DNA from: Dimargaris cristalligena
Lineage: Eukaryota
Direction: 5' to 3'
DNA length: 41,448 nucleotides
Assembly (NCBI GenBank): GCA_003614675.1
Contig: ML002328.1
Span: 1-41,448, forward strand
Numbering within the stretch: position 1 is the stretch's first letter; each line of letters opens with the position of its first letter. Below, piece by piece: positions 35,647 through 41,448 of this stretch. The position numbers and the translations under genes are program-made. Below the pieces are notes generated by a model. The model searched no databases and had not been told where the DNA came from. It saw nothing but the letters and a program-made list of their open reading frames with translations.

Positions 35647-36454
35647 TTATGGCTTTGTGGTTGACTACTTCCCTCTCTGTTGCACGGGGTTCCAGGGTAT
35701 TCCCGGCAAAGGCAAGGTTCTGACTCAACTGAGCGTGTTTTGGTTTAACTACCTTGGGGATGTCCTGCCCAACCACCTAATTACGGCGGACATGGACCAG
35801 ATGCCGGCCCAGGTGCAGAAATATCGGGATCAATTGGAAGGTCGCTCGCTTTTGGTCAAGCGCGCCGAAATCTACCCTGTCGAGGCGATTGTGCGGGGCT
35901 ATTTGTCCGGATCGGGCTGGCAGGAGTACCAAGCGCAGCAATCGGTGTGTGATATTCCGTTGCCGCCCAACCTGGTGGAGAGTGCGCAGCTTCCGAAACC
36001 CCTGTTTACGCCCAGCACCAAGGCCGAACTGGGGGAGCATGATATGAATATCCACCCTAGTAAGGTGGTGGAGATGATTGGGGAGCCTGCCGCACGCGCC
36101 ATGGAGTCGGCGGCGCTGGCGTTGTACGCCAAGGCCCACCAGTATGCCCTGGAGCGGGGCATTGTTATTGCGGACACTAAGTTTGAATTCGGCCAGTTAG
36201 TGGGAGGGGACTCTTCGTTGCTGCTGGCGGACGAGGTGTTAACTCCCGACTCGTCACGGTTCTGGGATGCCCAAAGCTACCAACCGGGCAGCAGCCCCAA
36301 GAGCTTTGATAAGCAATACCTGCGCGACTATTTGAACAGCGTGGGGTTCGACCGTCAGACCAGCATTGATCTGCCCGAGACGGTCGTGCAGAACACCATT
36401 GCCAAGTATATCGAAGCCTTTCGTATCCTGACGGGTAAGTCGCCCCAGCTATAG
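35328..36454 (+). CDS. ADE1: SAICAR synthetase; exons 35328-35471 and 35696-36454 (300 aa)
   Basis: Exon 1 RGKVRDLY...[16 protein letters not shown]; intron gtacgt..ccag, phase 0; exon 2 [76 protein letters not shown]. Confidence 0.97.
35612..35646. repeat. (ATT)n microsatellite in the ADE1 intron
   Basis: Run of attattatt...; source of the spurious poly-Leu start of ORF 35609. Confidence 0.9.
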
Positions 36455-36700
36455 AAATCGAAATAAATCACCAACCACTGGGGCATTAGTCCCCCCGTTC
36501 ATCCAGAACCACAATCTACTGCGCTTCGTAGGGAGATATCCTGGTTGCTTCTACATAATTTGGGCATGATTAATCATGGTTTATTGCTACGACTATCGGT
36601 GGAATTGGCAGCTGAGCTCGGCGAAGGCCTTGATTTAACGGGGGGTGGAAGGTGGGTTAACGAAGGGTTGGGGGGATCAATGCTGGTTAATAGAGGGTTA

Positions 36701-36724
36701 GTACTACTACTACTACTACTACTA
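36701..36724. repeat. (TAC)n microsatellite
   Basis: gtactactactactactactacta read directly. Confidence 0.85.
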
Positions 36725-37386
36725 TATTCTATACTATCAATAATATTTGACTTGGGGAGGAGTATTGATGTACTACTTAACCTAAAATAATGGAATGTAC
36801 TGGGGAAGGCCAATGAAGCGGCGGGGCTCTTCTTGATTGGTGCGGGGGAGGAGTGAATAGGCGCTAGCGATGCACACCTGGGCCAAACAAATGTACAATC
36901 AATCCTATGTAGTGTAAACACACACACATCATAAGGTGTGGTGGGGAGAGGATACAATATATACAATAGGGCTGGGAAAAAACAAGGGACCACGGCTGGT
37001 CCTTTTTTTTCTCTTGTAAAATAGTAGGTGTTTAGGTTTGCCCCGCGTGTTTGTTGTGGTTAATCAAGTAAAAGCGCCTTTCTATGTATTATATATGTAT
37101 GTATGTATTGTGTGTATTATTTTATTATAAGGTCATCTGTTTCCTTCTTTCCCGCTTGTTTGATCTCAACGAATCAAGCCAAGTAAGTCTCCAAAGGCTT
37201 TTTTGAATCCCACTCGCGTTGCCTTTTACCTTTAGCGCCCCTTGCTCAGGGCAAGACACTTTTAGCTCCCCTGACCACCCTAACTAACCTCTTCTTTTTT
37301 GAGCCCACGCCCGAGTCTTTTGAAGCTGCCGCCTCATATTCTCTTCTTCTCTCTCTATCACTTAATTCCCTTTAAATTCCTTTTAA

Positions 37387-39000
<1,614 letters not shown>

Positions 39001-40663
39001 AGAAAAGACCTTAATCTCTATTGCCTTTGTCTTTGTTTTTATTTTATTTTACCGAGTATCCTTCGGTTGCTCGCATTCACCTATACTATCTGATTTCGGG
39101 ACGACCTCCAGAGGGGCAGGAACTGGGTGGCGGAGGAGGCGTCCACGCTCTTCTTTAGGCTTCGGGGGTTCGGCTGGTCGACTTCCCCCCTACCTAACTA
39201 AGGGTAAATATGTCCTCTCCAACCCTCTAGCCTTCACCAATGACCGCTTTTACTAACGACCTTGAGCCATTTTGTTGATTGGTTGATTTTATATAATCAG
39301 CGGCGACTTTTTATATACCTCTTTATATATTTCAATCAAAAGCCAAAGTTGGCTGATGTGCATTCGAGGAGGCCAAACTACTAACTAACCCTCTAACTCT
39401 CTAAAATCCCCGTTCATTTACCCCACCCAGTTGTTGTTTTTTTGATCCTCTAGGCTGTAATTGTAACTATATTCAGGAATGAGTCTTCTATCTACTATTC
39501 CATTCAATTTTCCTTTTTGCTTTCACCTGGCGCATTCTCCGAAACTGAGCCTAATTATGGGTCTTGGTTTTGACTATTTAATCATTTGGTTGTTTTTTAC
39601 TCTATCCATATTTTTACTTATAATTACTTTTTGAATCCATTTTTCCCGATTTACCTGTCATCCGCAATAAATGTCAATATCAAGGGATTGGGATGCTACG
39701 GGTTCTCCCTTCTGCTCACGACGACCGATGACCCTCTAAGCCCCTAAACTTTGCGGGTGGGTGGAGGAGGTCTCTTCTCCCCTGGTGTTGTTATAGAGAC
39801 ACTGTGTTATTTCCATTTTGTTGGGGTCTAGGGACAGGAGAGGTCTCTGATTGGTGGAGCATCTTTTCTTCCCAAAGGGGTGCGATGGGAACATTTATAT
39901 TTATATTTATTTCTAGAGGTATTGGGAGAAGTGAATTCTAATAGTAATAATAGGATTGTTTACACTATCATTATGATTGTCACTAGCCCTCACGGTATAC
40001 GCCACTGGCAGTTTAGAGTTGGGCAAAGAGGGTTTCGCTCACTGCAACTCTATATCTCTTGTAAATAGCCTCTCTGTTATTTACTTAGGTCTGCCTATGG
40101 AGTGTTTATGTTTACTTTCGCTGCCTTGAGCTGGACACTATTTACTTATATCTCTTTCCGTGTTTCTAACCCGCTAACTCTAAGGTTCAAACTTACACCA
40201 ACTCGAACGCGTCTTTCTCCCCAAACCCCCGCTCTTGTCCTACATTGGTCCTCCACCCACAGCATCTCTTCCCTAGTGCGAAGTAGTACTACTTCCTACA
40301 CCTAGTTGCTCCTTTTTGAAGCCCTTTGAACTGCTCTTAATTGCCAACCTCTTTGGTCCCGCTTCATAACTGCTGGTACTCCGTGGTGTGGTCATAACAC
40401 AACCCTAACCCTCTAAGCTTGATATTGTTCGCCATTTCCTTACTCCTCCGCTCCTTTGTTTATATGCTCTACCAACCCTAGAGCCCTGGTCAGATCAACC
40501 CGCTCCTCCCCATTCAAATAACCCGCGCAAAGGCCTTGTCCGACCTTTTACTTTGTTTGACCTTGTACTTTTGTCTTTTGAACCAAATATACCCCGTGGT
40601 TGTTTGTTTTTTGACACCGACTTGTGCTAGTCGCACTTGCTTAAACCATCTCTCTTCCATAAA

Positions 40664-41443
40664 ATGACCGAAAAAACGGTATCACTCACGCGTTTCCTAC
40701 CGGCCCGCAAGGCCAATATTGCCCGCGATGTGGGTAAACAGCAACTCACACCGGTCCAGTCCGTCAAGGTAAGTCCCGGCCCCGTTGGAACTCCATTTTT
40801 GGGTTAAGCTTGGACCATCTATCATTGTGGATTATGATCGATGAGAATGGCGATGTCTAAGATGATTTAATCGCCGAGTATTGATCACGGCCACCGTTTA
40901 AATTTGATTGATCCTTATCCATATATATATATATATATATCCCGTTCCTGGTGGATAGAAGCGCAAATTAGAGGAAGATGCGTCCCTGCCAGCTCCCGCC
41001 CACAAGTTGCTGCTATCCGTGTTTGGCGAACCCGGAGGGGCCCATCAAGTAAGTGATCCAGACGGGCCTGTGCCGACCAGACCATGTCGTATTGATATTC
41101 CTTGGATTTTCGTGCCCGATAGTGAGGGTGGCTGTAGCCCCGGCCCATTCGACTCACCCGGTTTTTCAATTTCGTATGGCGGTCCAATTCCCTTCATTAG
41201 ATTCGCAGGTCCCCCCGAGGTCACCAGACAACTCCAGGTCGGGTCGCAGCCACGACTCCCTGTAGGTCCGCGCGTACGCAAGTCATATCCGGCGAACCCA
41301 CTCCGCCATCCACCAAACGGGCCCGCGGCGCTCCTCCTACCATCCGCTCCAAATCCCAGCCCCAATTGCAGTTTGCCCCGGTTACTACGCCGGTTAATCC
41401 ACCCCCCCACCCCAAGGACGCCTCGCCCACTGTGCCAGCCTGA
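40664..41443 (+). CDS. Spliced gene, exons 40664-40768, 40959-41048, 41201-41443(?); basic, disordered, S/T-P-rich product that may continue past the window
   Basis: aaaATG start, two gtaagt donors and tag acceptors, all phase 0: MTEKTVSLTRFLPARKANIARDVGKQQLTPVQSVK-KRKLEEDASLPAPAHKLLLSVFGEPGGAHQ-IRRSPRGHQTTPGRVAATTPCR...TPPSTKRAR...; TGA at 41441 follows C-homopolymer runs. Confidence 0.6.
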
Positions 41444-41448
41444 CTGGC

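Noticed and set aside
23061-36454. LYS1 + ADE1 as a metabolic cluster or horizontal transfer
   Set aside because: Different pathways separated by unrelated genes; both look typically fungal and ADE1 has an intron.

Overview
Eukaryotic, fungal genomic DNA. Evidence: GT-AG introns with CTAAC-type branch points, alpha-aminoadipate-pathway LYS1, and GC3-rich codons with few, fairly long introns. The style suggests an early-diverging fungus (possibly Zoopagomycota/Kickxellomycotina), but that is inference only. The window has two parts. Bases ~1-14,400 are nearly gene-free: one single-finger C2H2 protein sits among decayed, partly CpG-poor sequence and repeated promoter-like motifs. Bases ~14,500-41,448 are gene-dense: a GPI-anchored Ser/Thr-rich wall protein, a 2-exon beta-TrCP/Pof11/FWD-1-like F-box/WD40, a TMEM42-like DMT protein, LYS1, a 3-exon Osh1/Osh2-type oxysterol-binding protein, a spliced 79-aa basic microprotein only partly visible in the ORF track, mitoribosomal mS35 and uS15m, ADE1, an FHA-forkhead factor, and a spliced gene at the right edge with cell-cycle-type motifs. 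The best candidates for novelty are the 79-aa microprotein next to two mitoribosomal genes and the right-edge gene with PIP-degron-like and CDK motifs. No CRISPR, rRNA, intact tRNA or intact transposon was seen. All splice models were derived by hand and frame-checked, not confirmed by transcripts.
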